Part shown: piece by piece, positions 55,327 to 64,000 of the stretch | How the letters are laid out: every line of letters begins with the position of its first letter | Numbering within the stretch: the stretch's first letter is position 1 | Position numbers and translations under genes: made by a program | The notes under the pieces: generated by a model | Databases searched by the model: none | What the model was told of the DNA's origin: nothing | Seen by the model: only the letters and a program-made list of their open reading frames with translations | Source of the DNA: Chitinophagales bacterium | Lineage (GTDB): Bacteria > Bacteroidota > Bacteroidia > Chitinophagales > Chitinophagaceae | Length of the DNA stretch: 64,000 nucleotides | NCBI GenBank assembly: GCA_038257335.1 | Contig: JBBSJJ010000001.1 | Span: 2,589 to 66,588 of the forward strand | Reading direction: 5' to 3'

Positions 55327-57114
55327 ATGAAGAACATCCGCAATTTTTGTATAATAGCCCATATAGATCATGGCAAAAGTACCCTGGCCGACCGCCTTTT
55401 ACAAACTACAAACACCATCAGCGATAGGGATATGCAAGCCCAGGTATTGGATGATATGGATCTTGAAAGGGAAAAAGGTATTACAATTAAAAGTCATGCC
55501 ATCCAAATTAACTACCCTTATAAAGGGGAAGAATATATTTTAAATCTCATTGATACACCGGGCCACGTAGACTTTAGCTATGAAGTGAGCCGTGCCCTTG
55601 CAGCATGTGAAGGCGCCTTGCTTTTGGTAGATGCTACCCAGGGCATTCAGGCACAAACTATCAGTAACCTTTACCTTGCTTTGGGCAACGACCTGGAGAT
55701 TATTCCTGTGATTAACAAAGTAGACATGGATGGCGCCATGATACCCGAAGTTACAGACCAGATTGTCGAACTCATTGGCTGCAAGCCAGAAGATATATTG
55801 CTGGCCAGTGGCAAAAGCGGTATTGGTATCGAAGAAATTTTATCAGCCATTATAGAGCGCATACCTGCTCCCTCGGGCGATCCTGAAGCTCCTTTGCAGG
55901 CGCTTATATTTGACAGTGTTTTCAATAGCTTCCGGGGCATCATTGTTTATTTTCGCATTTTTAACGGCAGCCTCAAACAAGGCGATAAGGTAAAGTTTTT
56001 TAGTACCGACCAGGAATATTACGCCGACGAAGTAGGCATCCTTAAGTTGGGAATGGATAAGAAAAAATCCGTTCATTGCGGCGATGTCGGTTATATCATC
56101 ACCGGTATTAAAAACGCCAAAGAAGTGAAAGTGGGAGATACCCTCACCAATGTTATCAATCCTACACAGAGCCGCATAGATGGATTTGAAGAAGTAAAGC
56201 CAATGGTATTCGCAGGTATTTTTCCTGTAGAAACCGATGCATTTGAGGAGTTGCGGGATTGTATGGAGAAGTTGCAGCTCAATGATGCTTCTCTCACTTT
56301 TGAATTAGAAACCTCGCAAGCTTTGGGCTTTGGTTTTCGTTGCGGCTTCCTTGGTTTGTTGCACATGGAGATCATACAGGAAAGGTTGGAAAGAGAGTTC
56401 AACCAAACAGTTATTACAACCGTGCCCAACGTGAGCTTCATTGCCCACACCACCCGGGGTGAGGTTATTGATGTGCACAATCCATCTACATTACCAGATC
56501 CCAGCCGAACTGAGCGTATTGAAGAACCTTTTATAAAGGCGCAGATTATTACTCAAGCGGAGTACATCGGAAACATCATGACGCTGTGCATAGGCAAGCG
56601 TGGTATGCTCATACACCAGGGCTATCTTACACCTACCCGTGTAGAACTTACTTTCGAAATGCCACTAACCGAAATCGTTTTTGATTTTTATGATAAACTA
56701 AAATCCCAAACACGTGGGTATGCATCTTTCGACTACCATCCCATCGGTTTTAGAGACAGTGATATTGTACGTATGGACATTATGTTGAACGGTGAAAAAG
56801 TAGATGCCCTCAGTGCTTTGATTCACCGCAGCCGCAGCCATGAATTTGGTAAAAAACTTTGCGAAAAATTAAAAGAGTTGCTCACCCGTCAGCAGTTCCA
56901 GATAGCTATACAGGCCGCCATCGGTGCAAAAATCATTGCCAGGGAAAACATCAGTGCCATGCGCAAGGATGTTACTGCCAAATGTTATGGTGGTGATATC
57001 AGTCGTAAACGAAAACTGTTGGAAAAACAAAAAGAGGGTAAGAAGCGCATGCGCCAGATAGGTAATGTGGAAATTCCACAGGAAGCGTTTTTGGCAGTAT
57101 TGAAATTGGATTAA
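55327..57114 (+). CDS. lepA: Elongation factor 4
   Basis: [39 protein letters not shown] and [26 protein letters not shown] promoter at 55294-55301. Confidence 0.98.
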   Translation: MKNIRNFCIIAHIDHGKSTLADRLLQTTNTISDRDMQAQVLDDMDLEREKGITIKSHAIQINYPYKGEEYILNLIDTPGHVDFSYEVSRALAACEGALLLVDATQGIQAQTISNLYLALGNDLEIIPVINKVDMDGAMIPEVTDQIVELIGCKPEDILLASGKSGIGIEEILSAIIERIPAPSGDPEAPLQALIFDSVFNSFRGIIVYFRIFNGSLKQGDKVKFFSTDQEYYADEVGILKLGMDKKKSVHCGDVGYIITGIKNAKEVKVGDTLTNVINPTQSRIDGFEEVKPMVFAGIFPVETDAFEELRDCMEKLQLNDASLTFELETSQALGFGFRCGFLGLLHMEIIQERLEREFNQTVITTVPNVSFIAHTTRGEVIDVHNPSTLPDPSRTERIEEPFIKAQIITQAEYIGNIMTLCIGKRGMLIHQGYLTPTRVELTFEMPLTEIVFDFYDKLKSQTRGYASFDYHPIGFRDSDIVRMDIMLNGEKVDALSALIHRSRSHEFGKKLCEKLKELLTRQQFQIAIQAAIGAKIIARENISAMRKDVTAKCYGGDISRKRKLLEKQKEGKKRMRQIGNVEIPQEAFLAVLKLD

Positions 57115-57123
57115 TGAAGAAGG

Positions 57124-57142
57124 CCCCTGTCCCCTGAAGGGG
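57124..57142 (+). repeat. Solo copy of the CCCC-N3-CCCCTGAAGGGG palindrome family
   Basis: CCCCTGTCCCCTGAAGGGG, with the same core and spacing as CCCCAAACCCCTGAAGGGG at 402-420. Confidence 0.7.
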
Positions 57143-57368
57143 AACTTCGGCAGCTGGTATTTTACATTCTTCTGATAGTTTTTTTGTGATGAATTTGGAT
57201 CTTTTGAGCTGGCATTTGCACTTTTTTTTTAACATTAGTGTGCTTGCCCAAAAAGACGCAGAGCTACGTAACCCGGAGTAATTCAGCTATAAGGCATCCT
57301 TCATCAGCTTTTAATACGGGGGTTGTAAAAACTCCAAAACCAAAGGTTGCTTCACTGGAAGAATAGCC

Positions 57369-57418
57369 TTGACCATTGACCTATTGACCATTGACTTTTG
57401 ACCATTGACTTTTAAATG
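57369..57418. repeat. Heptanucleotide array (TTGACCA/TTGACTT) abutting the mutS2 start
   Basis: ttgacca ttgacct a ttgacca ttgactt ttgacca ttgactt ttaaATG. Confidence 0.8.
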
Positions 57419-59521
57419 AAATTCTTCCCCGAATCCACCATACATCAATTAGAATTTGACAAGGTAAAAGAACTGTTGGCAGCGCATTGCAGAACTGACT
57501 TTGCCAAAGATCGTTCGCTGGATCTACGCATTCATACCAAAAAAGAATTTATAGAAAATGACCTGCAGCAGGCGCACGAGTTTAAGTTGCTCCTGCAAAG
57601 CGGACTTCATTTCCCCAACGATTTTACCCTAAATATCAGCAGAGATCTTAAGTTGTTGGGCATTCCCGGTGCGTCATTAAGCGGGGAGCAGTTTTTGCTT
57701 ATTCGACGCCTTGCAGAAAATACCAACAACATTTACCGCTGGTTTACCAACGAACTAAGAGATACTTATCCCGGCCTTTCCAACGTAATAAAAGATAGTT
57801 ATTACGAAAAGAATATCAGGCACCTGATAGATGTAGTGCTGGATGAAACAGGGCTTGTGAAAGACAGTGCCAGTGAAGAACTGCGGGACATTCGCATGAA
57901 GCTCTACCGCAAGCGCAATGAGCTGCGAAAACTGTTTGATCGTATTGTGAGCAAGATGAACAAGCAAGGCTACCTGGCCGATATTGAAGAAAGCTTCATG
58001 AACGGCAGGAGAGTGCTGGCCGTTTTTGCGGAGCAAAAGAGAACCGTAAAAGGCGTGTTGCACGGCGAAAGCGATAGTCGCCGCACCAGTTTTATAGAGC
58101 CCGAAGAAACCACCGAACTCAACAATGATATTTTTTCATTAGAATACGAAGAAACGAAAGAAGTGTACCGCATACTGCGGCAACTCACGCAGCAACTAAG
58201 CGTGTATGCGCCACTGTTAAAGAGCTATCACGACATGGCTGGCGAGTTCGATTTTATTCGTGCCAAGGCAAAGCTGGCCATAGATATTGGCGGGCATTAC
58301 CCTGTGCTTTTAGATAAAGGTCATATCAATTTGATAGATGCTTACCACCCGCTGTTGCTTTTATACAATCAAAAGCAAAACAAAAAAACGGTACCCATCA
58401 ATTTAAGACTAGATCAGCAGAATAGTATTTTGGTTATCAGCGGACCCAATGCCGGCGGTAAAACAGTTACCTTAAAAACTGTTGGTTTGCTACAGGTGAT
58501 GCTGCAGGCAGGCCTGCTCGTGTCGGTAAGTCCTGATACAGAGATGGGTATTTTTAAGCAGCTCATGATTCATATAGGCGACACGCAAAGTCTCGAATTT
58601 GAATTGAGCACTTACTCTTCGCACTTAAAAAACATGAAGCATTTTATTGAAAATGCCAATGGAAAAACGTTGTTCTTCATAGATGAATTGGGCAGTGGCA
58701 GCGATCCCAACCTTGGAGGCGCTTTTGCAGAAGTGATCATGGAAGAGCTGGCGTTTAAACATGCGTTTGGAATCGTCACTACGCATTACCTCAACCTTAA
58801 GGTGATGGCCAATAAAGTAAAAGGCATCATCAACGGCGCCATGCAATTTGATGAGGTGAACCTTTTGCCCTTGTACAAACTGCAGATTGGTAAGCCAGGC
58901 AGTTCCTACACGTTTAGCATTGCAGAAAGAATTGGTCTCGATAAAAGGCTCATCAATAAAGCCCGTACACTGGTAGATGAAGAACATTTTAGATTAGATA
59001 AATTATTGAATCGTACCGAGCAGGATCTGCAATTGATAGACAAAGAAAAAGGGAGCTTGCAAAAATTGCTGAAAGAAAATGAGCAACTAAAAAAGGAAAT
59101 GCAGGCGCTCATCAAAAAAGAAAAGCACCAGCAGGAGGTAGAAAAATTAAAACACCAGAACCAGGTGTCCGAAGAAAAACTGGCGTACCTGCGAGATATG
59201 GAGCGACGATTAAAAGCCATGGTAATAGAGTGGCGCCGGGCAGATGACAAAGATGCCGTGGTAAAAATGATTCACGCCCTGCTCTTTAACCAAAAAGAAA
59301 AAATGCAGGTAGAGAAACGAAGAAAAAAAATCAACGAAAAATTTGAAGAAGTAGGCGGCGAACTAAAACTCGGAGATAAGGTCATGATGAAGAACAATCG
59401 CACCGTTGGTATAGTAAAAGAAATCCGTGGTAAAAAAGCCATCCTGCAAGTAGGAGCCATCCCTATTACGGTAGACCTGCAAGACCTTGTGGTGGTAGTA
59501 GATAAAGAAGTAGGGGAGTAA
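57416..59521 (+). CDS. mutS2: MutS2-family ATPase (no recognisable C-terminal Smr domain)
   Basis: LEFDKV N-terminus, ISGPNAGGKT Walker A, IGDTQS...LSTYSSH, FIDELGSGSDP and PGSSYTF. Confidence 0.88.
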   Translation: MKFFPESTIHQLEFDKVKELLAAHCRTDFAKDRSLDLRIHTKKEFIENDLQQAHEFKLLLQSGLHFPNDFTLNISRDLKLLGIPGASLSGEQFLLIRRLAENTNNIYRWFTNELRDTYPGLSNVIKDSYYEKNIRHLIDVVLDETGLVKDSASEELRDIRMKLYRKRNELRKLFDRIVSKMNKQGYLADIEESFMNGRRVLAVFAEQKRTVKGVLHGESDSRRTSFIEPEETTELNNDIFSLEYEETKEVYRILRQLTQQLSVYAPLLKSYHDMAGEFDFIRAKAKLAIDIGGHYPVLLDKGHINLIDAYHPLLLLYNQKQNKKTVPINLRLDQQNSILVISGPNAGGKTVTLKTVGLLQVMLQAGLLVSVSPDTEMGIFKQLMIHIGDTQSLEFELSTYSSHLKNMKHFIENANGKTLFFIDELGSGSDPNLGGAFAEVIMEELAFKHAFGIVTTHYLNLKVMANKVKGIINGAMQFDEVNLLPLYKLQIGKPGSSYTFSIAERIGLDKRLINKARTLVDEEHFRLDKLLNRTEQDLQLIDKEKGSLQKLLKENEQLKKEMQALIKKEKHQQEVEKLKHQNQVSEEKLAYLRDMERRLKAMVIEWRRADDKDAVVKMIHALLFNQKEKMQVEKRRKKINEKFEEVGGELKLGDKVMMKNNRTVGIVKEIRGKKAILQVGAIPITVDLQDLVVVVDKEVGE

Positions 59522-59574
59522 CTATTTTAAATTAATAGCTTACCTATTGGGCAAGGCACATATCCCTAAAGTCT

Positions 59575-60348
59575 TTAGATCGTTTTGTTTTTACCAACTT
59601 TTAGCGGCCGTTTTAGCAACCTGGAATTGATAATGTATTTCGTATCATTTCCATAAATGAAAAGGCACGAACCATTTTTGATTTTATCGATAATGGGTTT
59701 GTACAATGCCGGCGAAAGTGCCGGGCAGCCGAGGCTGCGGCCAATATAGCCCTGGCTTTTTACAACGGCTTCACCCACATAATCTGCACCGTGCACCACT
59801 ATGTCTCTTTCTAAAGCATTGTTATTATAGCCAATTTCCTGTCCCTCCAGGCGCAGGGAGTAACCATGTTTGCCGGAGTAGGTGAGCGATGTAATGTAGA
59901 ATCCCACACTGCTCTTGAAACTCTCGGCTTCGTTGGAAAAATGAAGCGTTTTGTCAAGCCCGGAGTTTCTGCCATGAGCCACATAGGTCACAAACAATAG
60001 TTTGCTGTTTCTCATGTCAATTACAAAAAATCTCTTTCTGCCAGAAGCGGTCGTCATGTCTGCAATAGATAAAATGTGTTGATTGCTCAACTTTTTGTTG
60101 GCTTTCAAAATATTGTAACCAAGAATTGCATAATCGAAAGCACGTCGCCCGAGGCCAAGTTTGCCTAGTTGTAATTTATTGAACAGGGAATCATATTTAG
60201 TAAGTTTACTACTATCCTCTGCGAGTGGCGAAATACCTAAAGCATTTACTGGCAGCCGGGTAGTTGATGCGTACAAACTCTTGCAGGTAAATAAAATAAT
60301 AGCCAGGCCAAAAAGTACTAAGTGTAGGGGACGCATTATTTTAATCAT
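59575..60348 (-). CDS. L,D-transpeptidase catalytic-domain (YkuD_2-like) protein
   Basis: VAHGRNSG, FSNEAESFKSSVGFY and IVVHGADYV...GRSLGCPAL. Confidence 0.88.
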   Translation of the reverse strand: MIKIMRPLHLVLFGLAIILFTCKSLYASTTRLPVNALGISPLAEDSSKLTKYDSLFNKLQLGKLGLGRRAFDYAILGYNILKANKKLSNQHILSIADMTTASGRKRFFVIDMRNSKLLFVTYVAHGRNSGLDKTLHFSNEAESFKSSVGFYITSLTYSGKHGYSLRLEGQEIGYNNNALERDIVVHGADYVGEAVVKSQGYIGRSLGCPALSPALYKPIIDKIKNGSCLFIYGNDTKYIINSRLLKRPLKVGKNKTI

Positions 60349-60448
60349 GCTTGAAGGTAAGCTATTTGTGGGCGCCCGCTGTATGCTGCAACTCTAAAAA
60401 AATATCAAAAAAGAATCTATATTTTTTGTTCTACAGAATTTGAACCCT

Positions 60449-60456
60449 TACTTTTG
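60449..60456 (+). promoter_or_regulatory. -7 promoter element for tRNA-Ser
   Basis: TACTTTTG, 4 nt upstream of the tRNA. Confidence 0.7.
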
Positions 60457-60460
60457 CCGC

Positions 60461-60545
60461 GGAGAGCTGGCAGAGTGGTCGATTGCGGCAGTCTTGAAAA
60501 CTGTTGACTGTTACAGGTCCTGGGGTTCGAATCCCTAGCTCTCCG
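60461..60545 (+). tRNA. tRNA-Ser(TGA); CCA not fully encoded
   Basis: Acceptor GGAGAGC/GCTCTCC, D-loop GAGTGG, anticodon arm GCAGT-CTTGAAA-ACTGT, long variable arm, and T-loop GGTTCGAATCC. Confidence 0.95.
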
Positions 60546-60549
60546 CAGA

Positions 60550-60578
60550 AAAAACCCTGGAATTTCCAGGGTTTTTTT
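60550..60578 (+). terminator. Intrinsic terminator after tRNA-Ser
   Basis: AAAACCCTGG-AATTT-CCAGGGTTTT followed by a T-tract. Confidence 0.85.
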
Positions 60579-60653
60579 ATTTGGGCTTGTAGATATGTAA
60601 ACATAAGTTTATATCAGGAACTCATTTGCACAAAAACAAATCATGATGGCCTT

Positions 60654-61439
60654 ATGGAAATGTTGGGTTATATAGCATCCTTATTCATTGGCATATCCAT
60701 GGGAATGATAGGAGGTGGCGGTTCCATCTTAACCATTCCCATCCTTGTGTATTTGTTTGGTATTTCACCCACCATTGCAATTTCCTATTCGCTTTTTATT
60801 GTCGGTATCTCAAGCCTGGTAGGCGCTTTCAGAAACTACCTGGAAGGCCTTGTACATTTCAAAACAGTGTTGCTATTTGGCTCTGCTTCTATCACTACCG
60901 TCTTTATTGCCCGCAAGATTATTATCCCGCTGGTGCCAGATGTTTTTTTTAGGCTGGGAAATTTTACCGTTACGCATGCCCTCTTTGTAATGGTGGTTTT
61001 TGCCGTACTCATGTTGTTGGCGTCCTTTGCCATGATTAAAAGCAAAACAAAAAACACGGGCTTCTATGCTACTAAAAAACCTTACAAGTTATTGCTATAT
61101 GGCGTGTTGATCGGCCTCGTGACGGGCTTCCTTGGTGCGGGTGGTGGATTTCTGTTAATCCCCGCTCTCGTTATACTCATGCGCCTGCCCATGAAGGAAG
61201 CCATTGGCACTTCTCTGCTTATTATTGCCCTTAATTCGTTGGTGGGATTTTTAGGAGATCTTGGTCGGCATTACACAGACTGGCTCTTCCTGTTAACTAT
61301 AGCAGGCATAGCCATTGCAGGCATATTCATTGGTGGCTATTTCAATAAAAAAGTAGACAATGAAAAGTTGAAAAAGGGCTTTGGATGGTTCATATTGATT
61401 ACAGGCCTGTACATTCTGATCAGAGAAATATTTTTATAA
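60654..61439 (+). CDS. Sulfite exporter TauE/SafE family protein
   Basis: [13 protein letters not shown] and [15 protein letters not shown]...AIGTSL. Start reassigned because the 60504 start overlaps the tRNA. Confidence 0.9.
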   Translation: MEMLGYIASLFIGISMGMIGGGGSILTIPILVYLFGISPTIAISYSLFIVGISSLVGAFRNYLEGLVHFKTVLLFGSASITTVFIARKIIIPLVPDVFFRLGNFTVTHALFVMVVFAVLMLLASFAMIKSKTKNTGFYATKKPYKLLLYGVLIGLVTGFLGAGGGFLLIPALVILMRLPMKEAIGTSLLIIALNSLVGFLGDLGRHYTDWLFLLTIAGIAIAGIFIGGYFNKKVDNEKLKKGFGWFILITGLYILIREIFL

Positions 61440-61605
61440 TACTTATCCAAATTTTAAGCACCAGGTTTAACGCCCATTATAAATTATCCCGGCAAAACAA
61501 AAAACTAAAAAAACCGAAGTCTGTGTTTTTACAACCATCTTTGCAGGATGGTTGTAAGCTAATTGCATCCAACAAAACCTATTTATTAATAAAAAAAACA
61601 AGAGC

Positions 61606-62052
61606 ATGGAAAATACTCCACTTACACAAGGAAAAATTCATACCGCTAAGGGTGTACTAACTTTTGAATTGTACGATGATGCAGCGCCAATTGCTGCGGC
61701 CAACTTCAAAAAGCTGGTGCAAGACGGGTTTTACAATGGTCTTAAATTTCACCGGGTAATACCAAATTTTATGGTGCAAGGCGGTTGCCCCGACGGCACA
61801 GGCGCAGGAGGCCCGGGTTATACTATTCAATGCGAAACCAAGGGAGCAAAACAAACCCATGACCGTGGTGTGATGAGCATGGCACATCGTGGGCCTAACA
61901 CAGGTGGCTCACAGTTTTTCATTTGTCACAACAGGCAAGGGACGCAACATCTTGATGGCGTGCACACCTGCTTTGGAAGGATCACCGATGGACTTGATTT
62001 GGTAGATGAAATAAGAGGCGGTGATATCATGGACAAAGTAGAGATAATTTAA
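61606..62052 (+). CDS. Cyclophilin-type peptidyl-prolyl isomerase
   Basis: FYNGLKFHRVIPNFMVQGG and SMAHRGPNTGGSQFFI...HLDGVHTCFG. Confidence 0.94.
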   Translation: MENTPLTQGKIHTAKGVLTFELYDDAAPIAAANFKKLVQDGFYNGLKFHRVIPNFMVQGGCPDGTGAGGPGYTIQCETKGAKQTHDRGVMSMAHRGPNTGGSQFFICHNRQGTQHLDGVHTCFGRITDGLDLVDEIRGGDIMDKVEII

Positions 62053-62077
62053 TTTTCTCAACGGGGCCAGGAGAAGT

Positions 62078-62329
62078 TTAAATAGTAATGATAAACTTCT
62101 CCTGCACCTTTCCCATACTAAAGCGGTAAACTCCTGTTGCAAGGCCAACCATACACAATTTAAATTCTGCAATATGTTCGTTCACGGCCCCTTTTCGAAC
62201 AATGCGTCCCGTTTCATCCGAGATAATGTAGTCACGCTGTGGAAAGTTGGCGAAGCCAGATCGCACAGTGAGCGTTTCATTCACGGCAACTTTTGAAGGA
62301 CTTAGGGTTAGTTCTGGATGCTTTACCAT
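62078..62329 (-). CDS. Small hypothetical protein resembling a stand-alone T9SS C-terminal domain
   Basis: ISDETGRIVRKG and LATGVYRF...KFII patterns. No signal peptide. Confidence 0.6.
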   Translation of the reverse strand: MVKHPELTLSPSKVAVNETLTVRSGFANFPQRDYIISDETGRIVRKGAVNEHIAEFKLCMVGLATGVYRFSMGKVQEKFIITI

Positions 62330-62687
62330 TTGTCAACAATATTTATTTGATTTATCGAAGGGGTGACGGGTAGTACATGACCATCCGGAGCACCCGGTTT
62401 ACAATTTTAAATACTACCATTGTACACAAGCAAAAGCCTTATACATGGTAAAAAAAATGTCTTTATGGTTGGGAGTGTTAGGGAAAATTCCTGTGTAGAG
62501 TTTGGGCTAATCGGCTGTAATTATTATTAAACTGATATTGGTTAAAAAAATTGTTCTGAAAGAATAAATCAGGTAATTCTACGCAAAGATTGCTCTGTCT
62601 TAAGTTGGCTAGCAGTTACCAAACTATATGCCAGCAGCCAGAATTGTGTATATCTATTGCCTGCTTAGTAGAAAAAACTTTACACAT

Positions 62688-62719
62688 AAAAAAAAGCACT
62701 CATAAAGTGCTTTTTTTAT
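62688..62719. terminator. Intrinsic terminator downstream of the CDGSH gene
   Basis: AAAAAAGCACT-CATAA-AGTGCTTTTTT. Confidence 0.8.
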
Positions 62720-62731
62720 AAACCTGCAGGT

Positions 62732-62959
62732 CTAAACAGTTTTTTTGGGTGGTAATGCAAAAGCTTTGGCGTCGTGTTCAAAATGGCCTTTGTGAGCGCC
62801 ATCGCAAAAAGGTTTGTTTTGCGATAAACCACAGCGGCAAATAGAAATAATTTCTCTACCCGCAAGGTCATATACGTTTCCTTCTTTATCAGTTAGTTCA
62901 AAATCTCCTTCTACTTTTAACGAGCCATTGCTGTTTACTGTAATTTTTGTTGCTGCCAT
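62732..62959 (-). CDS. CDGSH iron-sulfur domain protein
   Basis: ICRCGLSQNKPFCDGAH. Confidence 0.93.
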   Translation of the reverse strand: MAATKITVNSNGSLKVEGDFELTDKEGNVYDLAGREIISICRCGLSQNKPFCDGAHKGHFEHDAKAFALPPKKTV

Positions 62960-63028
62960 AAATTTTTTTTCAAATCTAACAAATAATACCCGGGTGTCGT
63001 CGGGCTGTGTAACATTTTCAGGTTTACT

Positions 63029-63478
63029 TTAGGATACGGAAAGAATGCTGTAAACAGCGCCATTCACTTCTGCCATATTGCCTGCACGCAGGCCACGCAA
63101 TTTTTGCCCAAGCGGCGAAGTAGGAGACAAGGCATAAACAGTCAATGCGTCAAGGATAATTTTACCCAAGGCTACACTTATAAAAAAATAACCCTTATCG
63201 GTTTCCACCAGCGCTCCATTTAATATTTCTACAGATACATGTGCGGGGTCAATTTTATTAAAAGCCGCTTGCTGCACTTGGAGCTCTTTTAACTGTTTGC
63301 GTTTGTTCTCCTGCTCTATCTGCAACATGGCCAGGGCTGTTTCATGTTTGTCGCCCGCCGTGCTCTTGGTTTCGTTGGCAGCACTTTGGTGCAGCTCCTG
63401 CAAATTTTGCTGCAGGGCATTTATTTTTTCGAGTAAAATTTGCCGGCAGGCCTGGTGAATTTTTTCTTTGAGAAGCAT
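63029..63478 (-). CDS. GreA/GreB-like protein (Bacteroidota type)
   Basis: N-terminal coiled coil with TKSTAGDKHET at the turn. C-terminal GALVET and SPTSPLGQKL resemble GreA's C-domain. Confidence 0.65.
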   Translation of the reverse strand: MLLKEKIHQACRQILLEKINALQQNLQELHQSAANETKSTAGDKHETALAMLQIEQENKRKQLKELQVQQAAFNKIDPAHVSVEILNGALVETDKGYFFISVALGKIILDALTVYALSPTSPLGQKLRGLRAGNMAEVNGAVYSILSVS

Positions 63479-63489
63479 GCAATGAGTTG

Positions 63490-63999
63490 TTACATTTTTA
63501 ATTTTTCCATGTAGGCAATGATGGCCAGCCGAATATCAGACTTCAAATCCTTTACAGCTGTAGCTACGGGATAAACTTTTACTATTTGCGGATTGTCTTT
63601 GTTTAAGAACCCGAGATTGGCTTCGCCGCCGGTTAATAAAAAATCGGATAAGGCTACTCTATAAATAGCATCCTGCGTTATGGGTGCTTTTTTAAAAGTC
63701 CATTGCTGGTTGACAGCGTCATAAAATACATGAGCTGAATAATGGAGGAAGCCACCGATGCCTACATTCTTTCTGCCGGCTTCTAACACTTCTTTCAACA
63801 GGCTTCCTCTCATATCTACTTCTACAATGCTTCCGCCAAAAGGGAGCGTACGGATGATGTCGTATTGCGTAACCGGTGCTTGCAAAACATCATCGAGCCT
63901 GATAGAACCTGAATTGACGATGGCAACCTGTGATTGCGGTGCAGCTTGCTCCATAGCGTTTACAATGAGTTTAGAAAAGTTGGTGGTTGTTCTTCGGAT
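63490..63999 (-). CDS. 5'-nucleotidase C-terminal domain (gene truncated by window end)
   Basis: NSGSIRLD, DIIRTLPFGG and YRVALSDFLLTGG. The frame stays open to the window edge. Confidence 0.85.
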   Translation of the reverse strand: MRRTTTNFSKLIVNAMEQAAPQSQVAIVNSGSIRLDDVLQAPVTQYDIIRTLPFGGSIVEVDMRGSLLKEVLEAGRKNVGIGGFLHYSAHVFYDAVNQQWTFKKAPITQDAIYRVALSDFLLTGGEANLGFLNKDNPQIVKVYPVATAVKDLKSDIRLAIIAYMEKLKM

Positions 64000-64000
64000 A

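Noticed and set aside
57145-57368. Riboswitch or small gene between lepA and mutS2
   Set aside because: It does not match any riboswitch consensus I can recognise, and the open frames are short and interrupted.
60461-60545. tRNA-Ser as the attachment site of an integrated element
   Set aside because: I saw no duplicate of the tRNA 3' end and no integrase. The flanking genes look like ordinary chromosomal genes.
60504-60653. N-terminal 50 aa of the TauE/SafE ORF
   Set aside because: It overlaps the tRNA and its terminator, so the true start is ~60654.

Overview
This is a 64-kb chromosomal window from a Bacteroidota genome, most likely Chitinophagaceae. The assignment rests on TAnnTTTG promoters, T9SS cargo and the protein families present. 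Most of it is housekeeping or envelope genes: parE/parC, proC, ABC-F, two TonB-type receptors, thrS-infC, rpmI-rplT, speA, lgt, yajQ, rpmE2, tpiA, lepA, mutS2 and tRNA-Ser(TGA). The first ~11 kb is an accessory patch. Its most notable element is a lone HUH (Y1) IS200/IS605-like transposase with no TnpB. It sits directly downstream of a ~430-bp array of short hairpin-plus-tail palindromes that occur in two covarying alleles, which suggests a RAYT/REP-type system. The patch also has several other palindromic repeat families (one fused into the 3' end of parE), an orphan gene bracketed by 79-bp direct repeats, and gene remnants. Other features worth a second look: 7-bp periodic intergenic arrays, an A12 tract inside a flippase gene, a VWA/ECF-sigma/anti-sigma module with shared SusC-like motifs, a Smr-less MutS2 next to lepA, a split thrS-infC//rpmI-rplT cluster, two paralogous proteins of unknown function, and a stand-alone T9SS-CTD-like mini-protein. 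No CRISPR, prophage, integrase or rRNA was seen. All annotations come from motif recognition by eye, with no database searches. Hand-placed coordinates may be off by 1-2 nt.
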